From Ylistrum balloti (Eukaryota): a DNA stretch of 64,000 bases. Under the pieces are notes generated by a model. It searched no databases. It worked only from the letters and a program-made list of their open reading frames with translations, and was not told the DNA's origin. The translations under genes and the position numbers were made by a program. Each line of letters begins with the position of its first letter. The stretch's first letter is position 1. The stretch covers positions 434,001-498,000 of the forward strand of contig NW_026782022.1 of assembly GCF_031769215.1 (NCBI RefSeq), read 5' to 3'. Of the stretch, positions 1-13,100 are shown one piece after another.

Positions 1-79
1 TCATTAATTGTATAAATCATTATTATTCCTAGTCACTCTTAAATTTAGAGGAATTAAAGAAATAATTCAATATACTAAC

Positions 80-3000
80 CATAATGGGTATCGAATCCTC
101 TGTTCGTAGGCATAAACTCCTTTTTATAGAAACCTAAATGCCATTTGCCAACAGCATGCGTAGAATATCCAACTTCCTTCAATTTATCGGCAAGTGTGGG
201 ACTGTTGAGAGGGAGACCGTTCGGTTGGGCGTTTGTGATGTCACCATGTTGTAAACCAGTGTGTATCTGGGAAGGAATGTCAACGTTTGTGAAAGTTCGA
301 TATCGCATAATACTTCCTTTAACATAGAGTTTCATAGTAGTTTTGTAGTTTTGTTTTATAACCTACCGAATCTGAACTGTGAAGGACATTGCCATGTTAG
401 TCATACCCTTAGAATGGGTCAGTCGTCAGCACAAATGAGTGCATTATTTGAGGTAAGGACACAATTAAAACGCCAGACACCGTTAGTTGTCATGATTTCC
501 CCTAGATTTCTTTTCTATTTCTTGTCGAAAACGTTTCAATGACATCAACTTTGAAAGCAATATTTTTTTTTTATTTTTCATAAAGATATAAATCTATTAT
601 GATTCCATTATTTACGAACATGTTGACTCTGTAGATCGCTATTTGAAGAACAGCATAAACATAATGATCGGTATGATGGGGCGACAAAAATTACAGACTG
701 ATGTTTGGCGATGAAATATCATGGGGATTCCGCCACTATAAAAGGTCATGCGTCATGTTTCTCTATGAGGGCTAAGTTCATATTATAGGTAAGAGTTTCC
801 CCCTTTCCATTACTTAGATTGTACAAGAGCAATGATTTGTTAAATTTAGGCTAACAAAACGAAGACCAGGGTGACTGCTTGAAGTCCGCCTTCTCTTTAC
901 ATTTCTCTTTCATTTAATTGTAACATGAATCATACCTTATTGATAAGAATTTAAATATAAATTATTCAATGAATTTTGCAAAAGAAGCTTCGTCGTCGCT
1001 TTTTACTTTCTGATAATGTCTACTAAGCACAGGGTAGACAATGGGATACAATCTACATGGTAATGGCTTATGAAGAAGCAAAAATGGGCCATTGCAAAGC
1101 ATTTGAGTATTTCAAAAGCAACCAGTCACTGTCCAAAAGAATTCGGGATTGGGTAAAATTCAAACATAGGGGCCATGTCGTCTTTAACACGTAATCAGTA
1201 TCTCGGAAATATGGGGATTCGCCTGGTGTTTGTCGACAATGCACACTTGGACGTGGTGGCGTGGTTTCAGCCCCATCATCCTGAAATTTCCTTTAGAAGA
1301 CCAGACTAAATGAACAGACGGATAACCACCTTGGGAAATATTTCCGCTATTAAAAATATATTTGGTTAAGATTACTCTCGGCAAATGTGTAATTTATACA
1401 TTTGATCTTAAACTTCCAAGCAGCGAAGCAAAGGCACATTCTCATTCAGTTCATTGAATGTGGTAACCATTTGTCAAATGCAGCATTTCGCGTTAGATCA
1501 GAAACCGATGTTTTCCCGAATTATAGTTCCAGTCACGTGATGTGACAGTTTTGTTAGCTCAAGGCATTTCGGGTTTGTATGCAATTGATAATTACCAGCA
1601 GGGGAATTTCAAGCAAAAATCATTTCTTCCACTGTGAATAGGTGTAAATGCTGAGAAAAGATGACATCAGGTATCAAAAGTAAGTTAAAGTTATGCCCTT
1701 AGTATTACTGACGAATCCCAGAAGGACGAAACACCTGTATGATGCAGTTTGATACATTGTTTGGCTCTGTTGTGTCTAACTCTGAATTATTAAAATGTTA
1801 TACTCTCTAGTGTATCTTTTTCACAATCTTTCTTTTACTTCTAACCTCTAATAAAACCAAACTTTCTCAGAACTTTTTGCAGTGTCACCCCGGAGGTTCA
1901 CCTTGTCAAGATTCAGTTATAACCACATGACATGCTTTAAAAATGTTAAAACTTCTTTAAGATGTCTATATAGAAAGAGCTGTATTGAATTAAACATGTT
2001 TTATGGAATAAATACGCATCTTCCATAGACCGGATGTAGATAGGTCTAACGAAATTCTCCAAGTTCATCTACTACCTGAACCATTTGAACAGAAATGAAG
2101 AACAAAAACAAATAGCAAAACCAGCTGGAGTACTGAATTCATCTGAAGTTCAAAAGAGCTGGATGACACATCTTCAAGAAAATACCATTGAAGGAAATCA
2201 AAATAAAATGAAAAAGAGCAAAGAAAGGGGCTTGCAATAACGGGATAGGGAAAAAAAGAGTTGGAGATGTTTTGATAGAGAGAAATTTTTGAGATTTGCT
2301 CTTACAATTATGACAAACTAGAGTTCAAACAAGGTCATAAATTAATGTAGAAAAAGTCGGCCTCAGTTTGTTTGGTTCGTGGCAAAAGCATTATGGTTTG
2401 TGTTGTTCAAGGGTCTATCATACAACCAGCCTCCCTATTATTTTGTGCCAAGGATTGTGTTCTTGCTGTGGTTCTTGAGAAATCGCTATCATGAAAAAGT
2501 ATTTACTTGCTTGTCAATATACAAACCTGCCGATTTTCTACAGAAATTCAAATTAAGCAAATACATCATATGCATTAGTGTTGCAGAATACCGTCAATAT
2601 ACGGGGATGGCTAGATTGCAGAGATGAAGCAAGCACCAAATTGAATGAATTGTGAGACACACTAAAGAAAAAATGTTTATCCTATGTTTGTTCTGCGATC
2701 ATTTTAAAGTCTTCTCCTTTGTAAACATCAGAGACGAATAAGCCTATATTTTATCACCTTGAAGCAAATATGTTGTTTCTTTTCTTCGACATTGACCGAA
2801 TCACAATAAAAATATTTTTTTCGCTATTTTTGAGAGGTTTTTTATTTTCGTTTCAAAAATGAAGACTGACCCTGAGACCTGTTATAATGTCTTGTGTTTT
2901 GGAAAATAATAACAAGGCTCGGCTCTATATACACTAATGAACACTTATACTATTATTAGTATATGAGTTAATTGAAAGGCAAGGCTAGTATTTGTGTTTG

Positions 3001-3563
3001 AACATCTTCAATATTCTTGGGAATCTATAGTAAGACACATGGTCGTAAAAAGTGGTTGGTTCAAAGAATGAAAAACATACCGATAATGGCAGCATGAAAA
3101 CAAGTTCTTTGCATTACGATGTATGTAAAATAAGTTTTTCTTTAAGGAATAGATATGAAATTATATCACGGAATGGAAATTTTAATAGAGAAAAGTTTAT
3201 AAGATAGTGTTATTAATAATAGCGATGAAGAAAAACTATATTTATCATTGTGACATTGTTTTTATGTAACGTAGTCGGTAAGGGAATTGACATAGTCTGT
3301 ATGATATCTACCTGATAACGGCCCGACATAAGTTGACTTCGCGTCGGTGTGGACAAGGGCTGTACATAATAATTTTCAAGTGTAACACCCCCATCAGCCA
3401 GCTTGTTTAGGACAGGTGTTCGGATATCGGAGCCGTGGTAGCCGATATCATTGTAGCCGTAATCATCAGCAAGGATAAACAGAATATTCGGTTTTTGTGT
3501 CTGGCAGAGCGCAGAACAAATAAATGAAATGTGTACCACATACCGATACAATACTTTCGCCAT
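80..3563 (-). CDS. ARSB: Arylsulfatase B-like, copy A (5' part only; runs off left edge); SxPxR instead of CxPxR
   Basis: Exon 1 3563-3312 ([45 protein letters not shown]...[17 protein letters not shown], donor CAG|GTAGAT). Exon 2 266-80 (187 nt, IHTGLQHG...[31 protein letters not shown], donor GTTAGT). Sulfatase S1 motifs ADD and GKWHLG are present. Exon phases match copies B and C. Confidence 0.93.
1702..1745 (+). ncRNA. Minimal type I hammerhead-ribozyme-like motif (Penelope/retrozyme-type repeat), best-preserved copy
   Basis: GTATTA-CTGACGA-ATCC CAGAA GGAC-GAAA-C ACCT G-TA-TGATGC. Stem I GUAUUA/UGAUGC pairs with two G-U wobbles. The CUGANGA and GAAA core and a GUA cleavage triplet are present. 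The first stem II pair is an A-C mismatch (canonical G-C). Confidence 0.7.
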
Positions 3564-3924
3564 GTTGAATTTATTTAGTATTTGAAACGTCTTATCTTTA
3601 CATCGATGTCACATGATTATCATGTGATGGTTTTAGTTTTCTTTGTGATATTCGTGAAATATGTGCCCACCAGAAAGGATTTTGATGTTTTAATCCCTGA
3701 GCTATGGATTAGCCTACACGATAACGTTATAGATCCATGGAGAGTTGCCGATCTTGTATGATAAACATGAACCACATTGGAAACTCGTGGGCGTCCGTCA
3801 TACATGACTTCTTAAGTTTTTGGCTTATTAAGTTAGACTGAATAGAAATGAAGCATAAACAGATAGATTTATTAACTTCGTAAACATCTATATTACAGAT
3901 ACATATCTTAAATTGAAAATAACA

Positions 3925-4285
3925 TAGAAGACACCATCAAAGTCCATTGTAAACGAGCTCTAAACACAATGATTTATGTTGCGGAAAGCAGACTTGGCAC
4001 AAATAGAATAAATCTTTTAAATATATATAGTACATTAATTCGGTCAAAAATAGATTATGGATGCAAAATTTATAAATCGGCCTCAGATGGCGCCTTTAAA
4101 CACTAGATATAATACAACACTTGCGACAGAATAAGCAATTGGACTAATTAACATCAAAAAGTCCACAAATAGAGCGGTAATTCTTACAGATAGTCTTTCT
4201 TCATTACAATAAACACAGACTAGAAAACGTGAAAGAACTAATATACCGGGAAATGAAAAAGCTGATGATCTAGCCAAAAAACTCT
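3925..4285 (+). mobile_element. Internally deleted I-group (I/Nimb/Ingi-like) non-LTR retrotransposon fragment, RT C-terminus plus RNase H
   Basis: Translates as ...LLNIYSTLIRSKIDYGCKIYKSAS... followed by VILTDSLSSLQ and IPGNEKADDLAK, the typical post-RT and RNase H motifs. Stops and deletions are present. Confidence 0.75.
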
Positions 4286-7113
4286 TAAAACACAATAGAA
4301 TGGAAGGTGAATCTTCTATTATCAATCATCAAATCAATAATAAATGGTCAGAAACAAGGAAAAATTTGGAAAGATCAAACAATCTTATGCAAATTATAGA
4401 TAAAACAAATATTTAATCAAAAGTTTTAGAACGAAATCAGTTAGAAAATATTATCATACTCAGGGAGATTGTACCAGAGAGGATTACTACTGTCCCTCTC
4501 ATTCATTGGTGCGTACTGACACCTCATGAGGTATGTAGTGTCCTCCTCTGTGCCCTACCCCCAGCATTCATATTTGTGAAATAATATGAAACACTACAAA
4601 TAAATAAAGCAACACACACAAGTAAACACGCTTCTTCAAGTATTTATCAAAACACGACTAAATAGAAAGTAAAATACACAAAGTCCACATTTAATACCCT
4701 ACTGCCAGTACAGATCAAACATAACGGGGGCCTCCGGGTGCAAGGGTCATAGACTGGTTTGCAGTCTGATTCGTGTCTTGTACCCTGGCTTGTAGCATAT
4801 GGAACCCTGATAGGTAGGGCAATAGGGATAAACAGTTCTCGATAATCGCAACTGTTTATTCAAAACTGGCTATAGGGTCTAAAACTCGAAATGTAATATC
4901 TCCCACAATTAAACTCAACACACAACCAATAAATTCAATACAACACAACGCACAAACATACAAACCAAATACACAACACTACACAATACCTCCTACACAT
5001 GCACATGCAAAAAGAATCTCTTTGTCTCCAAAATATATGATCTATCTTAGATAATCTTAGTCTATCATAACTTTCTACTTCCATGTAACTTATCATGAAG
5101 AAACTTCCCATAACCCTTCTAAATCAGCACATTCACATAAATCACATATATAACCATAAAAGTTAGTATAGTGAACAGAAGTATGCAGTAGGAATGAAGT
5201 GGAATCGCAGAAAGGAATAGATATTCGTAAAATGATAAAGTAGATTAGATCATATGATTGGAAAGGTTTACAAGACGAGACAACAAAAAACAAGTGTTAA
5301 TAATAAGGTTAAGTATAATTTCACCAGCACCGAACTAACCACTAACCACTAATTATAGTCCGGTTTTTATCAAATGATCACAGCTACAGACGGTTCCATC
5401 CCAATGAGGTCGCCCCCTCACGTCGCCAGAACACTGACGATACCCAAACACGGGAGGAGTCATGGAGACAAAAAACCTGTTAACCAACCAACTAACCAAC
5501 TATTCAACCCAAGGCTACTGTGGATTTACTTGTATGACTATAAGATATTATAGTACTTCCTATTTGGTACATATCATTACACAAATTGAATATATATGTA
5601 TGTGTATGTGTGTGTATGTGACTAATGTATAATCCTTAAAATGGAACATTTTCAATTTCAAATCTCTAATATTTAATTCAAATGTAATGTTTTTCATTTT
5701 TTACTAATAATATAAAAAAAAAATATTGTTTGATTTGCTGTCCAGTGATCTCGTATCAATATTTACAATTAATATTTCCTTGACAATGGCAAAACAGACA
5801 AATAGTTGAATATAAAATAGGCGTATGATTTAAATTAGAGAGTTTTTAAAGATCAATACCAAAGAACTTGCTTTTTAAATACTCAACCATTCAATATTAT
5901 TACTTTATTTCGTTGGAGGATACAGCGCCCCTCTTTCCTTCCCTCTCCAATCTCTTAAAACAAAAACCTATATTAATTCCTGTAATACAAGCGCCTATTA
6001 CCAGTTATAAATGTACCAAAGGTAGATATTGACAAGCTGGTCAACTTGACCGATCTACAGGGCAATTAACTAATCAGCGTCACATTATTGTTTGATTGTT
6101 AGTCCTCTCCTTAAGATTGTCATGCTCATGTGCACACTATATACTTCTCGCACACGCTAGAAACTACAGGTAAAACGTGAGGAGATTCTACAAGATGGGT
6201 CAGAAAAAAACACAAACATACTAATTAAACAAACAATAGAATGACGAATTTTACCTGAAATTAGACCAAACTTCAAATAAGAAAATAATACATGTATTTT
6301 GTTTTAAGTTATGGAATTTTGTTACTTGACTTACATAATTACACAAATAACGTTAACTTTCAATTTAACAAACAAGTGATATTCTGAGATCTTCTTGACA
6401 AATGACTCTAAAAGCTTAGATAGATTACACCTTAGTCAAATGTGAATGCTTATCTTACAACAAATAAAAGTGTTTTTAGGAGTTATGCAATTACGTAATT
6501 ATCATAGTTTGATATTTCTATTGCTATTCATTATTGCAAGGAGCCGAAGCTTATTGCGATGAAGTTTTCCTTTCTTTTAAACGGGTTATGAGTAATGAAT
6601 GTTAAATGAAATAAATGATGAACCTTTAATAAATACATATGGTAGCTAAGTTAATAATGATAATGAGGAATGGGTTATTGCATTAGTGAATGGGCTTATA
6701 CACTGGACGATGAATGAAATATTATGATGATGTAAGGTTTTAATGCACTGGACACGGAATGGATAAATAGACTTACTAGAGTGTCAGTACACTAAATTCG
6801 AAATGGAATAATATATTGATGGAAGGATTTATACACTGGTTATTTCAAAGCACAATACGTTTGTGCAACTACGACAGGTCAAGGAAAGCACTAACACGAT
6901 ATCGAGGGGTCTTGACAGCTCTTCATTTCGAAATGATTATACATTTCAGGTAACTTCAGATTGAAAATGTTACTAGTATTTAAACATTGTATTGGAATTC
7001 TTGCAGATGAGTAGTCACGTATAGCAACATTATAATGGTATAATTGTACAACATTGTTGTTTCCAAAAGTTGGTCGCAAAAGTTCTAATTGTCCTTCTTA
7101 CGTGACTTCTTAA

Positions 7114-10100
7114 TCACTTTATCCACGGTCCCCAGTATCCGCCATGAAGCTTGGGATCAGCCCGACTGTCAACAGGAGGGTATTTACATGGCACAGCAGT
7201 GGAGTTAGCTTCCTGTAGCTTTTCAAGCATTGACATTAAAACTTTCGGGAACTTGTCCTGTAAGTCCCGTCTCTCTTCGGGGTCTTCAGCAATATTAAAT
7301 AACCAAATATTCTTTTCCGGTTTATCCGCGTCAATATCTAGCTGGAACTTATCAGAGGATTCAGGTGCCGGTATCCAGCTTCCGTTACCTATGACAATGA
7401 TTATTCTTCCGTTTTGATATTGTAGCGTGGTAGCATAAATAATATGATATGCCAAAAGACAAACATTGTATATCTATAGATAGTACACTGTTGGAACAGC
7501 ATAATGATTATATAGTGAACCGTTCACTTATAGTGAATAACAATTATTAATTTTTAGAAGCCAATGGAAACATCAGTACAAACTGACGATTGCAAGGAAG
7601 CTGCGAAATGGGTTGTCTTGAAGAATATTATAGTGAAGACTATAATATAGTCCATATGAATATTTATATACTAATTCTATTTCTTATGTTCATGACCGAA
7701 ATATGCGCTATTTAATCCCATTTTTCAAAAACATCTGTTCAAGACCGGTCTTTTTGTTAGCAAACAGTTTGAACGACTCGAATGTATAAATCTATAGTTT
7801 ACTATTTTAATAACGCCCGGAACGTATCGACTAATTTTTCCTTTAATAGCAAGCACTGTGGAGCAAGTAGTCGATAAATTAATGGTGCCGTAGCTGTATA
7901 AGGAACTACAGCTCCCTTTCGATTATGACTGGAGGGCTCAACGCTCATTCGGGACATGTTTTATTCATTTAGTTTTCAAATTTATTTTAGTTAAATAGTT
8001 TAATATTTAAAGTATGAAACTAGGGAATAACAAATCACTTATTAAAATTGCTTCTCAGCACACTGGTTTTATTTTTTGTTTGTTTCACCACGACTACTGT
8101 ATCGTGTCACAGGACCCCAATATTGGGACATGGTGGCATTTTGAATAGATATAAATATAAACACTTATTCTCGATTAGCTTGTAATAATAATGATAACAA
8201 TAATCATGATAATAATTTGCCCATCGCCACTAACTTTCATAGATTTCCAAGATTCGTCACTCCAATAATTTATCTTGTCATGAAAGAAAACTGTAGAAAT
8301 GTTATCAAATGAGAAAACGAAAGTGAATAATTAGAAAAAATACTATGATACTGAAATGAGGATCGCAGTTGGTTTTGAAAGGATATCTCACTAATCCGAT
8401 AGACAGCTAAACTCATGTCATATCATGGCGTCCACTGTTAGCCATTGTTTTCGAAATCGCTACTAGTTATGACGAATGAGAAGATATTGACAAAACATTA
8501 TTTATGAATTATCTATAATAGCGACTTTGAGCCCAAAGCGCCTGAGGGGCGTGCCCATTTGGAGATATTTAGCAAATTCTTTCATGAAGGATTGATGAGA
8601 ATGTATGAAATTTGGTCTTTCATCTAATAGGGGCGGAGCTATTATAAGAGAAATAATCTAGATGTTTTTTTTTTCACTTAGGATTTTCGTCAGTCACGTC
8701 CAAACTTTCAAAATTTAAATCCTTAGCATCACTGACGAATTCTGGGAAGAGATAATAGTTATATGATGCAGTATACTTCATAATTTGACTCTACTGTATC
8801 TAACTATTAAATGTGCTTTTCGTTTGTCTTTTGTGCAAACCAGGAAAGTAGGAAGAGATATCTTATCTTATATCCATATATTATAAAAACAATGTTCGAT
8901 AAGGACTGATCATGCAGGGTGTAAAACATGTACAAAGGGATAATTCCTTTGGAAATTTAGAATAATATCATCTAGAAAAATTATTGTCACATATTCCCAT
9001 AGAAAAAGAATATGCATTCGCGTTCAGTATATAACCCTGAGACAACAGAGTACTTACTTGGTGCTCCAGTAATTATCTTCCAATTCTTCCATCTCAATGC
9101 AGCTCTGTAACGGTTGTCAAACGGACTGCCAGGCAGCTTTGTCCCGATGGGGTCATACAAAGGATCTATGTTATGTAAGAGTGTATCCCTTGGACTAATA
9201 GCTCCGGTGCTGTAACAAATTGGTTTTGAGACAAGAAAATGTTTTCGATACAAACATACATTGTGCATGATTTTAAGGAAAACGGTGACATGTGATGAAT
9301 GCTGAAAACGTTAAATATTGTAAAGAAAATATAAAGACATCAATAAGAAAATTAAACGTAAAATGTGTCTGTTTTTATGAAACAGCAGTAAAACCATGAA
9401 ATAAACTGTTTCGTAAAGTTAATGTAAATTATGTAAGGTATTACCTGATCGTATTCCATTGATCGAATCCATCCAATGCTTTGGTACCCTTAAGGGATCC
9501 ACCCCCAAGTCTGATTAATGTTGGGTACCAATCTGATACGTGTATCATTTCTCTAGAAATTGTGCCTTTATTCTTCAAACGTTTGCCATGGACGAATCCT
9601 ATACCACGTACTCCTCCTTCCCACAGGGAACCTTTTCCGCCTCTTAACGGCCAATTTACACCGCCACGATCGGTCCTTCCTCCATTGTCTGAAATTTGTC
9701 ATTTGTTACAGAGAAAATAAATCAATCATAATCTTATCGTAAATAATCATTATATACATAAGAATCTTTCTTAAGATTGTCTTCGAAAATTGACGTCTGT
9801 ACGTCCGTCCACACATTCGTCCGCCGTAAACGTTAATTGTCAAGCAGATCTGAGATTTCCAAGATCTTATCACCACAGCATGATTAGCTTTATCTCTCTG
9901 TTATCAACCGATCTCTCTAAACTATAAGAAGATATTGTACTTTCTTCAATAATATTATCATTCACCAATTTGTGTAGGTCTTATTGCTATATGATTTGTT
10001 CAGCACATTACCTGTTATGAGATGATATTTTCATACACATTAAAACTGAACATTTTTTAAGAGTTGATGTGTTGTATTGTTTTTAGTATTCTTATCTTGT

Positions 10101-13100
10101 CTAGTTATTTTGCAAAAACATATACTCTGGAGTTATTTTTTTTAAATATTTTAATAATTTATTTTGTCTGGACACCTACTCAGTTTTCAACCGAATCCTG
10201 AATCATAATGACATAAATTTGTGTGATTCGCGGATGAAACTATTCTTGTCTAATTTTCCTAATTCATTTCAGTTCAATGGTAAATTTCTCTTTGACATGG
10301 GGCGGCAGTATGTTGTTACATTTCACGGTTCTTTTGTTAAATAAGATCGAGGATGATATGCTCTTTCATGTCATTCAATGAGGTCAATCCAAATAGAGGC
10401 AATACGTATAATAACTTAGACACAATTCATGCTATCCTATTTAATGAGCCTAACCTAATTTCACTAGTATTACGAAGATATTTGCATCAAAATATTCAGT
10501 TTTTAATATTTGTAACAAAAGATGCCCTCCTCCTGTAACAGATTCAATCCAAGCTTGTACCAATAATAGCATTGATCCTTATACTGTTCGACTTAATAGA
10601 CTCTTTGATATACCTCTAGCAAGAACTCATACATATAACACCAGTTGTTTTTTCAAACATAATGTCTGCCTGGAATAACCCATCTTGTCTTTTTCGCACG
10701 ATGATATCCTTATGTATTGGGCTGCTTTCATAAGCTATGCCTGCTACCCTATTAATGTTGTCATCAAGATATTGACGATAAAATATTCTGAATTGTAAAA
10801 GAATAATTTTATGGAGGTCATCTTTATTTGTTCTTGCCCCTCTGACGTTATAATGTAACTGCATATATGTCATGACAATATTATAACATCTCAAGATGTC
10901 GTGAAATTTCCAGATTCCAGTTCGCCTACAAAGTTATGTCATTTTTTAAAATACTGTTAATGCCATTAGGCAGTTCGGATAACATATATATATATATACA
11001 TACATACATACATACATATAATATAATATAATATAATATAATAATGATAATATAATATATAATTTAATTATATAATGTAATATAATAATGATAATAATTT
11101 AGATCGTTGTAAACCTAATTGTTTAACTTATTACGAACAGTGTGTTCCTTCCGTTGGAGCAGCCGGTTATATATTTCCCTATTGTTGTTTGTATGATAAC
11201 ACTTATGACATTATAATTAACAAATGATACGTTTCATTTAAAGTCCTTCAAGTTATATTTCATTTTGGTTCCTTTAAGAGTGCAGATGTAAATGTATAAG
11301 TTGCTGGGTCAAATTACTTAAATTTAGCAGGGGGGATGTTATTAAAGGAAAATGTATCAATCTATTTGTCATTTAAACATATCATCTAACAATATTGTTA
11401 CTGTGGTTGATTTGTGTATTTGTTATTCATGATAAAAAGAAAACAAAAGGTTGAATATTCGAACCTGTGGAGAAGACAAGTATAGTATCGTCCCACATCC
11501 CTTTGGCCTGGAATGCTGCTGTGATATTCCCCACGGCTTCATCCATCGCGCTCACCATACCTAACACAAATATGCAATAATGAAAATGGATGCACCTCTT
11601 GCATCATAGTTTGATTTAAACCCGTTTGATAAAAATAAGATTATAATTAATCATAAGTTTAAAATGATTATAATAGTAATTATTATTAATTATCGCACAA
11701 GCATGATGATAATCACATTTTAGAGAAAGGCTTGCATATATTCCTACAATTTGTCAGTTTTAGCGATGTTATAGAATGATAGGCGACAAACCTGAATATA
11801 ATTTCCGGTTCCAATCATGTACATGTGAATAAAGGTCAGAATATTGTTTCGGAACCTCAAGAGGAGTATGGACAGCTTGAAAAGCCAAATACAGAAACAA
11901 CGGCTGTGTAAACAGAATGTGACAAAACGTTATGGTATGTAGATCAAAGGGGAGAGTGAATGCTTATCAATCTGAATATAATGTGAATATAATATCATTG
12001 CAAACTTTGATATAATCAATGCAAACGTTCATAAGCGATTCACAGTTACAACTCTTAATTGTTAGGACACTAGCTAACGAGTCACTTTATCTCTGATTAA
12101 ATATGTCGCTGAGGCAACACGTGTCTATTTTATTCCTCATATGTGTTTGATGTAGGAGTTTTATGCATTAAATGAAAAGAATAAAAACAAATTTAAATTA
12201 AAAAAAAACAGATATAAACTTGTTTACAATCGCAAAACCTGAAATGTTAATGGTACTAACCCGTACTGGGATAGGGTAGGATTGGGCTATTACAATCGTA
12301 TACCAAGATATACACCAGTTGCCTGTCGCTTTCAGAAATAATTCGACCCTAATTTCTTATGGTTTGATCTATTTTACATATTGCCACATTGATATGTTTT
12401 GTAATATCTTACCTTTGTAGACTTGTAATTGTGGATAAGTTCTGTAACACGTCTAGAATACAAATGAGTTGAGTATTCCATTGGTACCGGAACAATTGGT
12501 TCATAGTTATCACGGAAGTCATACCCGCAGAAGTCATAGCAGTAAGTCTTATTGTAGTGATCTACATGTCCAGCCAAGATCCCTGTAAGTGAAGGGAAAT
12601 AGGGTACATATGATGTAAGGACAACCCTATGCATGATTTAGCTGTTGTTCTTTATCAATAGAAGGGAAAAATCTAACGAGCTTGCATAATCTTGGACGAC
12701 ATAATTTACATTAACTTTACGAAATAAAATCATTAGCATGCACATGTTGAGTTATCAATCAAATGTTCGAATGGGTAACTTTTAGAATGAAAGAAGTGTG
12801 ATTTAATATATCATCACTGACATCTAACCCGTGACCATTTTAATGCCATTAGTCATTTTATAATCAGCAATAGACACCAACATGCGTAAGGAAATAAATA
12901 CTGTAATATTATTTACATGAGTTTTTATTTCATGTAAACATACAACTTAGTGCTTTCATTGGACAGATTACCAGTCATGACTGTAACGTATCTAAATAAC
13001 ATAATAATAAGGATTATTCTAAAGAAACACGCGTTGAGAGCAGCTTTCAATTAAACTTTAGAATAAGATGCAGTAGTGTCAAATTATGAAGGAGACTACA

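Noticed and set aside
1020-1690. Coding-looking stretch upstream of the 1702 hammerhead (possible Penelope GIY-YIG/RT remnant)
   Set aside because: Manual translation of several frames gave no recognisable RT or GIY-YIG motif; left uncalled.
5333-5520. Possible HDV-like ribozyme or SINE (ccctcacgtcgcc..., AACC tail; ~40-nt similarity to 31657-31695)
   Set aside because: P1/P3 pairings could not be built and no tRNA A/B box head was found; probably a decayed SINE-like repeat, but too weak to call.
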